A stretch of 20,017 bases of DNA from Leidyana gryllorum EB-2025a (GCA_048772705.1 JBLWGC010000068.1:1-20017); one strand, 5' to 3'; shown: positions 1-7,992, counted from the first letter of the stretch. Notes: generated from the sequence alone by a model not told the origin. Numbers and translations: made by a program.

Positions 1-14
1 TACGTTGTAAGAAG

Positions 15-569
15 TGTTGTAGTTCGTGTTTGCCTGATGGTCAACTTCCTATCGGGTGGCCAAATTCGACTTGGTGGAATTTCCAATCGAATTAACATCC
101 ATCTGGATACTTCCCTACATATTTGGCACTTATATAGGGGCATGTATAAGATGGTGAAAAGGCATTATTAACGAACGTAAAGCAACTGCTACTAAAGCGT
201 AAAGGCTAATGCACCCTAGTGGTCTGAACTCTCTGCGACAGTGTAACTGTGCAGACACTCGCATGAATGATCAGAGTGTGGTGTCGGGGAGAACTACCGT
301 GTGTGTCCAGCGCGAGGCTCCGCAAGAGTGCGAGCGACTGGCACATGGGTGGAGTGAGAGAGACACCAGAGTGAGAGACACACGCAAGCAAAGTTGGCTA
401 AGTCAGAGTTGGACTAGGCAAGAGGCGGCCTACGATAACTTTTGCACTTGGTACAACAAGTCGTAGTTGTATCGACAAAAGTTAGCCGGGTGCCACGTGC
501 ACGGCGGGCTGTCCCGCGCGCATCGTGGGGGCATGCTGGGATGAAGTCGCAGGTTGTCCTGACTACAAC
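15..569 (+). mobile_element. Solo-LTR-like element, family A, right terminus damaged
   Basis: Starts TGTTGTAGT; 15-468 is near-identical to the reverse complement of ~3828-4278; ACTACAAC at 562-569 matches the expected inverted terminus but the final A and the TSD are missing; left flank TACGTTGTAAGAAG recurs uninterrupted at 18220-18233. Confidence 0.8.
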
Positions 570-572
570 GCC

Positions 573-652
573 TGACAAGAGTGGGATTCGAACCCACGCC
601 CTTTCGGACTGCGGCCTGAACACAGCGCCTTGGACCACTCGGCCATCTTGCC
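573..652 (-). tRNA. trnL: tRNA-Leu(CAG), same body as the Leu(AAG) copies
   Basis: GGCAAGATGGCCGAGTGGTCCAAGGCG CTGTG TT CAG GC CGCAG...GGTTCGAATCCCACTCTTGTCA; full cloverleaf with variable arm. Confidence 0.9.
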
Positions 653-746
653 GAAATGTTGTTGGCTCGCCGCCCCACGCGTTTTCTATCCGTGGAATCT
701 CAAAATGGAAGAACTTCTGGGGTTGGAGGCCGGCGTATCCAGAGCG

Positions 747-817
747 TCCGAGATAGTATAGCGGTTAGGATTTCCGCCTATCACGCGGAAGACCAGGGTC
801 GATTCCCGGTCTCGGAG
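747..817 (+). pseudogene. tRNA-Asp pseudogene (anticodon ATC, damaged T arm)
   Basis: Paralog of 5184-5255; GTC>ATC; CCAGGGTCGA replaces CCCGGGTTCGA. Confidence 0.8.
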
Positions 818-909
818 CACAGTTCGTTTTTCCGCTTCAAATTTTGCAGCCCTCTCAGGTCGTTATCGAGACTCGAGAGACCAGCCAGAAAAGCTTGAGC
901 TCGTGAGCA

Positions 910-981
910 AGCCTTCTGCCGGAATCGAACCGGCGACCTTTCGCTTACTAAGCGAATGCTCTGCCCCTAAGCTAAGAAGGC
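910..981 (-). tRNA. trnT: tRNA-Thr(AGT)
   Basis: GCCTTCT/AGAAGGC acceptor; TTCGC TT AGT AA GCGAA; GGTTCGATTCC. Confidence 0.93.
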
Positions 982-1049
982 AATCCAAGCCGAAGATCAC
1001 GAATCAGTTACTATTGACGGGGATTACTGGAGCACTTTGCTCGAGTAAC

Positions 1050-1122
1050 TTCCACTGCCGGGACTTGAACCCGGATCGTGCGGGTGAAAGCGGCATATCC
1101 TAGCCACTTAGACTACAGTGGA
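1050..1122 (-). tRNA. trnE: tRNA-Glu(TTC), one anticodon-stem mismatch
   Basis: TCCACTG/CAGTGGA; TGCCG CT TTC AC CCGCA; GGTTCAAGTCC. Confidence 0.8.
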
Positions 1123-1153
1123 CAAGCTCCCGAGATGACCAAAGCTTGTCTAT

Positions 1154-1189
1154 GGTGCGGTGGCCTAATGGATATGGCCATCCGCATCA
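1154..1189 (+). pseudogene. tRNA-Arg remnant with internal deletion
   Basis: GGTGCGGTGGCCTAATGGATATGG joined directly to CCATCCGCATCA; compare 17596-17668. Confidence 0.75.
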
Positions 1190-1277
1190 TAGCCTCGCAC
1201 GCGGAAGACGTTCCGTTTCGACCGAGGCAAGCTTGCTAGCTGTATGGGGGCCACTGCTGCGCATGTCGAATTGAAGT

Positions 1278-1338
1278 GCTCGTGAAATAATTTTCCTCCA
1301 CTTGGAGGAAGTGCTCAATTCGATTCCCGAACAGTCCT
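1278..1338 (+). pseudogene. Highly degenerate tRNA-Pro-like remnant
   Basis: 3' end TTCGATTCCCGAACAGTCC resembles the Pro copies; paralog at ~17757-17816. Confidence 0.5.
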
Positions 1339-1438
1339 TTTTTAGTAGGGTGCAGACCGCCCTACCGAAGTGGGCTAACGAGGTGGCTGTATTGGTTCTG
1401 AAGGCAACTTGTCCCGTCGGGTCAACCGACGACCAAGA

Positions 1439-1509
1439 GGGCTGTTCTGGGAATCGAACCCAGGAATTCTCCACCCAAAGGAAGAATCATACCACTAGAC
1501 CAAATAGCC
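1439..1509 (-). pseudogene. tRNA-Pro(TGG), probably defective
   Basis: GGCTATTTGGTCTAGTGGTATGATT CTTCC TT TGG GT GGAG..; 1-nt deletion plus acceptor mismatch. Confidence 0.75.
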
Positions 1510-1589
1510 GAATGGGAAGGGGGATACAACCGGCTACGTACAGCCGTAAACTCGAAGTGATGGCTAATTCGTCCTGAAATGAGTACCGT

Positions 1590-1633
1590 TGCGCAGAATG
1601 GGGCCCGCACCCATGCAGACTTGCGCCTACCAG
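1590..1633 (-). pseudogene. tRNA-Leu(CAA) 3'-half fragment
   Basis: Matches the 3' half of 11490-11573. Confidence 0.7.
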
Positions 1634-1768
1634 TATGTGGCAAGATGCCCTAGTGGGTAAGGCGCTATTTTCAGACCCCACTCACATGGTCGTGAGTATC
1701 TTTCTCCCGCCTTGAAAGGGCACTGGCTACCCGCAGAAACCCCAGACTACTTTTTTCGACGCTGCATT

Positions 1769-1849
1769 GCGAGAATGCCCGAGAGGTTAAGGGGGTGGCC
1801 TTAAGATCCACTGGTTAATTCCGCGTGGGTTCGAACCCCACTTCTCGCA
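1769..1849 (+). tRNA. trnL: tRNA-Leu(TAA)
   Basis: GCGAGAA/TTCTCGC; GTGGC CT TAA GA TCCAC (C31.T39 mismatch); GGTTCGAACCC. Confidence 0.85.
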
Positions 1850-2005
1850 TAAGGGGAGGGGAATGGAACGGTCGACTACCCGCCGCAGTCAGATGCTGTA
1901 CCAAGTGAGCGAACGCCTGTCGTGTAACCCTTGGACATCGAGGTTTGCTCCCGAACCGCACCTTTTGAGTGAGCACCAAACGAAGTCTAAAGCGGAACGA
2001 GCTGT

Positions 2006-2060
2006 GCTGTAAGACCGGCAGTCGAACCCAGGTCTTCCGCGTGACGCGCGAAAATACTAA
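2006..2060 (-). pseudogene. tRNA-Asp(GTC) remnant
   Basis: GTCACGCGGAAGACCTGGGTTCGA on minus strand. Confidence 0.65.
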
Positions 2061-2132
2061 GGACTCCGGTCGACCTGCCCAATGACTTGCATGACTCCAC
2101 CCTGAGGCAAATAGAGTGTAACGAGTTTCCTT

Positions 2133-2205
2133 GTCGTCCTAGCTCAGTCGGTGGAGCGCGAGCCTCTTAATCTTGCAGTCGCAGAGTGAAGTCCCGTGGG
2201 CGGTG
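2133..2205 (+). pseudogene. tRNA-Lys(CTT) pseudogene
   Basis: TAGCTCAGTCGG..CTCTTAATCTTG; B box destroyed. Confidence 0.75.
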
Positions 2206-2266
2206 CGGACGAGTGGGCCGGGGAGTAAGAATGCAGTATGTTGCCTACAAGCACACCCAGCTGCAT

Positions 2267-2339
2267 TTGCGCTGCCGAGACTCGAACCGGGATGGTGCGG
2301 GTTGGCGCCGCATATACTAGCCACCGAGACCATAGTGGA
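2267..2339 (-). pseudogene. tRNA-Glu-derived pseudogene
   Basis: Degenerate Glu body in the Lys-Glu cassette position. Confidence 0.7.
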
Positions 2340-2456
2340 CACGTCACGAAAGTTGCACGGACGAATGGGGGCAGAAAAGGCCTGAGAATTTTGCAACCCC
2401 CTCAGGTCGTCATCGAGACCGAGAGACCAGCCCGAAAAGCTTAAGCTTGTGAGCAA

Positions 2457-2528
2457 AGCCTTCTGCCGAAATCGAACCGGCGACCCATCGCTTACTAAGC
2501 GAATGCTCTGCCCCTAAGCTAAAAAGGC
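2457..2528 (-). pseudogene. tRNA-Thr(AGT), probably defective
   Basis: Several substitutions; GCCTTTTT creates an internal T5 run. Confidence 0.75.
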
Positions 2529-2594
2529 ACTCCCTGTCTCGATCCATATGAGGGTTTGATGCTGGGCATAGCATCATTTCCACCACAGAATTCA

Positions 2595-2713
2595 ACTGGG
2601 CCTGGGCCGCGCTGGTGCAGATCCAGCAGTTGTCGTGCGATATGATTGGAGGGGTCAGACACCAACTTACGCATAAATTCCGGTCTACCCCCCTTCCCCA
2701 CTCGGGCAAGTTG
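2595..2713. pseudogene. tRNA-Ser halves in opposite orientation
   Basis: 3' half on + at 2595-2635; 5' half on - at 2683-2713. Confidence 0.65.
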
Positions 2714-2791
2714 GCTACTGTCGATTTCGCCATGCGGCGAGGAGTGGGGGAATCCAGCATCCGGCTCGGTGCCATCTCTCGTGGCAGAAGT

Positions 2792-2865
2792 GGTCGCGTA
2801 GCTCGGTCGGCTAGAGCGTGAGCCTAATAAGCTCAACGTCCCCGGTTCGAGCCCGGGCGTGACCA
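2792..2865 (+). tRNA. trnI: tRNA-Ile(AAT)
   Basis: GGTCGCG/CGTGACC; TGAGC CT AAT AA GCTCA; GGTTCGAGCCC; A14>G. Confidence 0.85.
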
Positions 2866-2965
2866 AGTGAGTGGATCTTCGATAAAGAGTCGCCCTGCAC
2901 TCGAGCAACCCTCAACATTCTGCGACCAATACGAAAGGTACGTGTTATAAAGTCCTCACTTCCCT

Positions 2966-3030
2966 GCCGCGCCAGCTCTGTCGGTAGAGCGCAAAACTTT
3001 CAATGGAGAGACCGCGGGTTCGGGCAGCGC
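2966..3030 (+). pseudogene. tRNA-Lys-derived remnant
   Basis: GCCGCGCCAGCTCTGTCGGTAGAGCGCAA; paralogs at 13129 and 15281. Confidence 0.6.
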
Positions 3031-3100
3031 CAGCAGTCCGAGTCAAGCTTGCTGAACCGTATGTGAAGCCACTGGCCGCTAAATGCCGAGTTCGACAGGT

Positions 3101-3182
3101 GGCAACTTGCCCGAGTGTTCAAGGGGGTAGACTAGAAATCTACTGGGCCTGGCCCGCGCTGGTTCAAATCCAGCAGTTGTCG
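3101..3182 (+). tRNA. trnS: tRNA-Ser(AGA), D-loop GG altered
   Basis: GTAGA CT AGA AA TCTAC, long variable arm, G73. Confidence 0.8.
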
Positions 3183-3263
3183 TGCGATGTGATTGAAGGG
3201 TCAGACACCAACTGACCCGTGAAACCCTGGAATGTGGCAAAACCAACCATGGATTATCTCCTC

Positions 3264-3334
3264 TGCATCTGCCGGGAATCGAACCCGGGTCGTCTCGATA
3301 GCAACGAGACATTCTACCACTAGACCACAGATGC
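3264..3334 (-). tRNA. tRNA-Gly body with GCT anticodon (GCC>GCT)
   Basis: GCATCTGTGGTCTAGTGGTAGAATG TCTCG TT GCT AT CGAGA CGACCCGGGTTCGATTCCCGGCAGATGCA; short variable loop. Confidence 0.8.
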
Positions 3335-3388
3335 CTGACACGTCCATCGCTCACCACAAAGTAATGAGTCTGGAGCGGGGATGGTCTT

Positions 3389-3454
3389 GGGCCGATGGCG
3401 CAACGCGTCTGACTCCAGATCAGAAGGTTGGGTTTTCGAATCACTCTGGGCTCA
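3389..3454 (+). pseudogene. tRNA-Trp(CCA) pseudogene
   Basis: TCTGA CT CCA GA TCAGA; D-arm deletion; G53>T. Confidence 0.75.
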
Positions 3455-3490
3455 ATCAGACCCTTTCTTTTTCCCGTGTGAGGCGCAACC

Positions 3491-3570
3491 TGAAAAGAGT
3501 GGGATTTGGACCCACGTCCTCTCGGAGTGCGACTTGCATACAGCGCCTTAGACCCCTCAGCCATCTTACC
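3491..3570 (-). pseudogene. tRNA-Leu-derived pseudogene
   Basis: Degenerate copy of the Leu(AAG) body. Confidence 0.7.
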
Positions 3571-3677
3571 AGCTCGGTTTCTGTCCCGCCACTTCAATTG
3601 TTCCCTGTCTGTTTGAAGCTAGAGAATGGATAGGCTGGGCTCTAAGGTTGGGGGTCAGGCGCCTCCGACATGGTATC

Positions 3678-4278
3678 TGTTGTAACCCCAAGTCGCTACT
3701 CGAGGGGAACGAGGCCCAGTTCTCATCTCTGCATACTTTCGACCACAAGTCAGACTTAGAACCCAGTTAGTATTTTTGCCGACAAGTCTACCACGAATAT
3801 GTCGCACACGACGGCGCAAAACAAGAACTACGACTTGTTCTACCAAGTGCAAAAGTTATCTTAGGCCGCCTCTTGCCTAGTCCAAATCTGACTTAGCCAA
3901 CTTTGCTCGCGTGTGTCTCTCACTCTGGTGTCTCTCTCACTCCACCCATGTGCCAGTCGCTCGCACTCTTGCGGAGCCTCGCGCCGGACACACACGGTAG
4001 TTCTCCCCGATACCACACTCTGATCATTCATGCGAGTGTCTGCACAGTTACACTGTCACAGAGAGTTCAGACCACTAGGGTGCATTAGCCTTTACGCTTC
4101 AGTAGTAGTTGCTTTACGTTCGTTAATAATGCCTTTTCACCATCTTATACATGCCCCTATATAAGTGCCAAATATGTAGGGAAGTATCCAGATGGATGTT
4201 AATTCGATTGGAAATTTCACCGAGTCGAATTTGGCAACCCGATAGGAAGTTGATTATCGGCAAATACGAACTACAACA
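3678..4278 (-). mobile_element. Complete solo LTR, family A, 601 bp
   Basis: TGTTGTA...TACAACA termini; 5-bp TSD GTATC at 3673-3677 and 4279-4283; empty site GACATG-GTATC-AAAGAG at 15981-15997; strand is relative to the 15-569 copy. Confidence 0.93.
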
Positions 4279-4386
4279 GTATCAAAGAGTAGTCCCGCCT
4301 GTCACGCGAACGACCTGTGGGTACCAGCTCTGAGAGCGGAGCCACTTCAAATGTCAGGCTATCGGGTTTTGTGTCCTTGCTTTCCT

Positions 4387-4459
4387 GCCGCCCTAGCTCA
4401 GTCGGTAGAGCGCAAGACTCTTAATCTTGCAGTCGCGGGTTCGAGCCCCGCGGGCGGTG
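4387..4459 (+). tRNA. trnK: tRNA-Lys(CTT)
   Basis: Intact cloverleaf; CAAGA CT CTT AA TCTTG. Confidence 0.95.
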
Positions 4460-4519
4460 TGGATCTATCTCCGTTGGAGTAAGAATGGAACTGTTACCTA
4501 CAAGCTCACTCAGCTGCAT

Positions 4520-4592
4520 TTCCACAGCCGGGACTTGAACCCGGATCGTACGGGTGGGAGCCGCATATCCTAGCCACTCACACTACAGTGGA
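4520..4592 (-). pseudogene. tRNA-Glu pseudogene (anticodon CCC)
   Basis: Glu body; CT CCC AC loop; D-stem and acceptor mismatches. Confidence 0.75.
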
Positions 4593-4732
4593 CAACCTCC
4601 TCAGCTGCAGCTTTAGCGAGAGCCGTATCCTCTTGACAAGACGTGGTCTGGTGAACCTACAACAAAGGGGTTGCAGAATCCTGCGGTAGAAAGCGGAGGG
4701 TCTCTAAACTGACCTCTGAAACATTGCAAATG

Positions 4733-4805
4733 GGTCCTGTAGCTCAGTCGGCAAAGCGTGTAGCTGTTCACCACAAAGTCCGAGTTTCGAAGCCTAGCAG
4801 TACCG
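4733..4805 (+). pseudogene. tRNA-Asn(GTT) pseudogene
   Basis: Degenerate relative to 7045-7117. Confidence 0.75.
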
Positions 4806-4881
4806 GGAGCCGCGATACCCGACTCTCTCTTAGAGCTGCAACTCTGTATTTAACGACCAGCAGGTGCCGCCCTACTGAGTT

Positions 4882-4954
4882 TGGACGACCTGGGTATCGA
4901 TCCCAGTACCTCTCGCATGCAAAGCGAGCGCTCTACCATCTGAGCTAGCCGCCC
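4882..4954 (-). tRNA. trnA: tRNA-Ala(TGC)
   Basis: G3:T70 identity pair; CTCGC TT TGC AT GCGAG; GGATCGATACC. Confidence 0.93.
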
Positions 4955-5014
4955 ATCCGCACTACACGGAAGACCTATTGCATCCAGAAACTGACCGAGT
5001 GCCGATACAACGGC

Positions 5015-5086
5015 TGACAAGAGTGGGATTCGAACCCATGCCCTTTCGGACTGCGGCCGCGCCTTAGACCACTCGGCCATCTTGCC
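5015..5086 (-). pseudogene. tRNA-Leu with 8-nt deletion in the anticodon arm
   Basis: TTAACACA missing relative to 18027-18106. Confidence 0.85.
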
Positions 5087-5183
5087 GGAGTGTTTGTGGC
5101 TCGCCGCTCTACACATTTTCCGTCCGTAGAATCTCGAAACTGGTAAGACGTCTGAGGCTGAAGGCCGGCGTAGTTTGCGAGCG

Positions 5184-5255
5184 TCCGAGATAGTATAGTG
5201 GTTAGTATTTCCGCCTGTCACGCGGAAGACCCGGGTTCGATTCCCGGTCTCGGAG
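5184..5255 (+). tRNA. trnD: tRNA-Asp(GTC)
   Basis: Intact; TCCGC CT GTC AC GCGGA. Confidence 0.95.
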
Positions 5256-5311
5256 CACACAGTTGATTTCGCTTAAGATTCCCCCTTTGGTTCCCGCTGA
5301 ATGTTGCGAGC

Positions 5312-5384
5312 TACAGCCACCGAGGATCGAACTCGGGACCTTCTGCGTGTGAAGCAGACGTCGTGACCACTAGACCATGGCTGC
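5312..5384 (-). tRNA. trnV: tRNA-Val(CAC)
   Basis: GCAGCCA/TGGCTGT; TCTGC TT CAC AC GCAGA; AGTTCGATCCT. Confidence 0.92.
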
Positions 5385-5447
5385 AGCGAAGGACCCGCAG
5401 ACCAAGAGAAGTGGCGAGGTTTTACGAAGTAGTGAGGACTAGTTTTG

Positions 5448-5519
5448 AGGTCGCGCCGGGAATCAATCCCAGGTCGGGGGATTCAGAGTCTCCAGTTCTA
5501 ACCACTACACCACGCAACC
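5448..5519 (-). pseudogene. tRNA-Gln(CTG), B box damaged
   Basis: GGTTGCGTGGTGTAGTGGTTAG..GGAGA CT CTG AA TCCCC; T loop GGATTGATT. Confidence 0.75.
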
Positions 5520-5638
5520 CATTCAGTCCTTCCCAAAAAGGAGTTGGTAGAGCCATCGGACTAGCGCTCCTTCAAGTAGGTCATCAGGTTACGTGTTTCC
5601 AGAGACACACGCCTTTTTTCCCAATCCGCAAGCTCCGT

Positions 5639-5711
5639 GCAGTCATGGTCTAGTGGTCACGACGTCTGCTTCACACGCAGAAGTTCCCGAGTTTGATCCT
5701 CGGTGGCTGTA
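5639..5711 (+). pseudogene. tRNA-Val(CAC), C56>T, probably defective
   Basis: Inverted paralog of 5312-5384 with GTTTGA T loop. Confidence 0.75.
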
Positions 5712-5766
5712 GCTCGCAACTCTCAGCGAGAACCAAAGGAAACAATCCTAAGCGCAACCAAGTGTG

Positions 5767-5816
5767 CTCCGAGACCGGGAATCGACCCTGGTCTTCCGCG
5801 TGATAAGCGGAAATAC
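5767..5816 (-). pseudogene. 5'-truncated tRNA-Asp (ATC)
   Basis: Shares the ATC and CCAGGGTCGA lesions with 747-817. Confidence 0.75.
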
Positions 5817-5897
5817 ACGCCGGCCTCCAATCCCAGCAGTCTTTATATTTTGACTCACGAACAGAAAACGTGTAAAGCGGCGAGCCAAGAGCACTCC

Positions 5898-5977
5898 GGC
5901 AAGATGGCCGAGTGGTCTAAGGCGCTGTGTTAAGGCCGCAGTCCGAAAGGGCGTGGGTTCGAATCTCACTCTTGTCA
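5898..5977 (+). tRNA. trnL: tRNA-Leu(AAG)
   Basis: CTGTG TT AAG GC CGCAG; intact. Confidence 0.92.
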
Positions 5978-6037
5978 ACCGTTGTATTGTCATCCGGTCA
6001 GCTACTCAATGCAATAGCTCTTCCATGTTGTGCCTCT

Positions 6038-6110
6038 GGGCGGCTAGCTCAAATGGTAGTGCGCTCGCTTCGCATGCGAGAGGTACTGGGATCGATACCC
6101 AGGTCGTCCA
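6038..6110 (+). tRNA. trnA: tRNA-Ala(CGC), D-stem mismatch
   Basis: CTCGC TT CGC AT GCGAG; G3:T70. Confidence 0.8.
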
Positions 6111-6144
6111 AAGTACATACGGCTGCACGTGGCAGGATCCAAAC

Positions 6145-6958
6145 TGTTATATCCGCAGTCGGGCGTACGACCGGATTCAAGGTAGCACAAGCGACATGAA
6201 CTGATCAAGAACATGAACTGATCAGCTGAAGAGCTAAGCTTAGTGTGGTAGTGCTGTCGTAGGGCGAGTGGATCAGCAGGCTCGACTCCGAGTCCCCGTT
6301 CAACCTATGAGTGTGTCCCATAACTATCGGGTGCCTCACTATCGGGTTCCGGATTCTGACTCTATGTGATTCCGCCAGTGGGATGAACATCCATCTGGAT
6401 ACTTCCCTACATATTTGGCACTTATATAGGGAGTACCTCTGAAAAGGGGGACGACCTATCACCTACGGAATCCCTGCTACCACTACCACGCCCGTGCCCT
6501 ACTACGACCTACACACACGCCCGCCACCACACGCTACCGTCCCGACTACGACCCTTGGCCTCTACAGTCACCTCCCGGCGTACTCTACCTCGCCCTCAGG
6601 ACGTGCGCCTCGACGACCCGACTACGGTCCGGACTCTAGCTGGTATTGGGTTCTGGCTCGACGCTACGGCTACAGCTACTACTCAGTTGGACAGCCTTAG
6701 GCTGGACGACGCCAGCGTAGAGTCGCAGCGGACGGCGAGAGGACACGGACACAGGAGCGACGGTCAGAGTTCTACAACAACAGGATACAAGAAGTCTTTT
6801 CCCCGGAAGACTCAGGTAGTCCTCGTGTTGTCTTTTCCGTGTGCGGCTCGTCCGCAATGCATGAAATATTTCTTCCAACTATGTCCTTCAGAATACCCGG
6901 GACGAAGGGTTCGGACGACAAGCCATCGTTCTGGAGAGTGGGAGCACGGCAAATAACA
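6145..6958 (+). mobile_element. Complete solo LTR, family B, 814 bp
   Basis: TGTTAT...ATAACA termini; TSD CAAAC at 6140-6144 and 6959-6963; shares an identical 46-nt core (6386-6431) with family A. Confidence 0.9.
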
Positions 6959-7044
6959 CAAACAAACTTACATCTTTGAAGAGTCGCAGACCACAAGTGC
7001 CATTGGGAGAGCAGCGCAGTCAGTGTTTAGTGTGCCTCTGAAAC

Positions 7045-7117
7045 CGGTCCTGGCAGGTTTCGAACCTGCGACTTTGTGGTTAACAGCCACACGCTCTGCC
7101 GACTGAGCTACAAGACC
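7045..7117 (-). tRNA. trnN: tRNA-Asn(GTT)
   Basis: Intact; TGTGG CT GTT AA CCACA. Confidence 0.94.
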
Positions 7118-7232
7118 CAGCTACAATGGTTCACAGGTTAGTATAGACATCCTCCTTTTTGTACCGCAGGATTGCAACCACGTCTTGTCAAGAGGGTACG
7201 GCTCTCGGGTAAAGCTGCAGCTGAGGGAGTTG

Positions 7233-7305
7233 TCCACTGTAGTCTAAGTGGCTAGGATATGCGGCTCTCACCCGCACGATCCGGGTTCAAGTCCCGGCAG
7301 TGGAA
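7233..7305 (+). tRNA. trnE: tRNA-Glu(CTC)
   Basis: Intact; TGCGG CT CTC AC CCGCA. Confidence 0.95.
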
Positions 7306-7365
7306 ATCCAGCTGAGTGTGGTTGTAGGCAACGGTTCCATTCTAACTCCCAGAGACATTGATTTG

Positions 7366-7438
7366 CACCGCCCGCGGGGCTCGAACCCGCGACTGCAAGA
7401 TTAACAGTCTTGCGCTCTACGGACTGAGCTAGGGCGCA
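7366..7438 (-). pseudogene. tRNA-Lys body with GTT anticodon; 5' end and D loop altered
   Basis: CAAGA CT GTT AA TCTTG; first two acceptor pairs broken. Confidence 0.75.
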
Positions 7439-7539
7439 ACGAAGCTCTAGACTTAGTTACACCCTATTTGCCGTTGGGCGGAGCAGTGGAAGTCATTGGA
7501 CCGGTGGAACAATGTGCTTCAGTAACTTCCGTTAACATT

Positions 7540-7597
7540 GCCTTCTCAGCTTGTGGCAGAGCATCCGCTTAGTCAGCGAAAGGTCGCCGGTTCGATA
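7540..7597 (+). pseudogene. 3'-truncated tRNA-Thr(AGT)
   Basis: GCCTTCTCAGCTTGTGGCAGAGC...GGTTCGAT then deletion. Confidence 0.7.
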
Positions 7598-7619
7598 ACT
7601 GTTCCCTTCTGCGCACACT

Positions 7620-7691
7620 TAGCAGTGTGCCGCTTCGATCGACGGACCTTTGGGCTATGAGCCCAACACTCTTCCACTGAGCTACATTGCT
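7620..7691 (-). pseudogene. Initiator tRNA-Met(CAT), several mismatches
   Basis: A1:T72; TTGGG CT CAT AG CCCAA; GATCGAA T loop (eukaryotic initiator hallmarks). Confidence 0.75.
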
Positions 7692-7833
7692 CAGTCTGCA
7701 ACATGGAAGAGGTAGCCGAAATGCGATTCTTGAGATGCTAGTATGTCCTGACTGCCCTACCCAAGTGCGCTAACGAGGTGGCTGTGTTGGTTCTGAGGGC
7801 AACTTGTCCCGTCGGGTCAACCGACGACCAAGA

Positions 7834-7904
7834 GGGCTGTTCTGGGAATGGAACCAGGACTCCTTCCACCCTGAGGAGGGATCATAGCACTAGACCAAAC
7901 AGCC
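7834..7904 (-). pseudogene. tRNA-Pro(AGG) pseudogene
   Basis: Pro body with damaged D and T loops. Confidence 0.75.
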
Positions 7905-7992
7905 CATCGGTCGGTGGTGCAAATGGCTGGTACAGTGGGGAGACTGGTTATAATATGTCAAGAACCACTAAATGCTATGGGGTCTGCACAGC

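Larger units (their letters stand above)
1439..2528. repeat. Inverted segmental duplication with 8586-9680
   Basis: Same gene order reversed, near-identical spacers, shared pseudogene lesions. Confidence 0.9.
2792..4630. repeat. Direct segmental duplication with ~15107-16340 (second copy lacks the LTR)
   Basis: Ile-Lys'-Ser-Gly-Trp-Leu'-Lys-Glu order and spacers conserved. Confidence 0.9.
4882..6110. repeat. Local inverted repeat: arms 4882-5384 and 5639-6110
   Basis: Ala-Leu-Asp-Val | Gln | Val-Asp-Leu-Ala with homologous spacers. Confidence 0.88.
7030..7436. repeat. Inverted duplication with ~19265-19648
   Basis: Asn-Glu-Lys cassette. Confidence 0.85.

Noticed and set aside
15-4278. A composite transposon bounded by the inverted family A copies
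   Set aside because: The 3678-4278 copy has its own TSD, so it is an independent insertion
5898-5977. Reading this family as Leu(TAA)
   Set aside because: Stem register CTGTG/CGCAG gives loop TT AAG GC, so the anticodon is AAG
6494-6996. ORFs inside the 814-bp element as gag or transposase
   Set aside because: Low-complexity, no motifs, and contained within a TSD-bounded solo LTR
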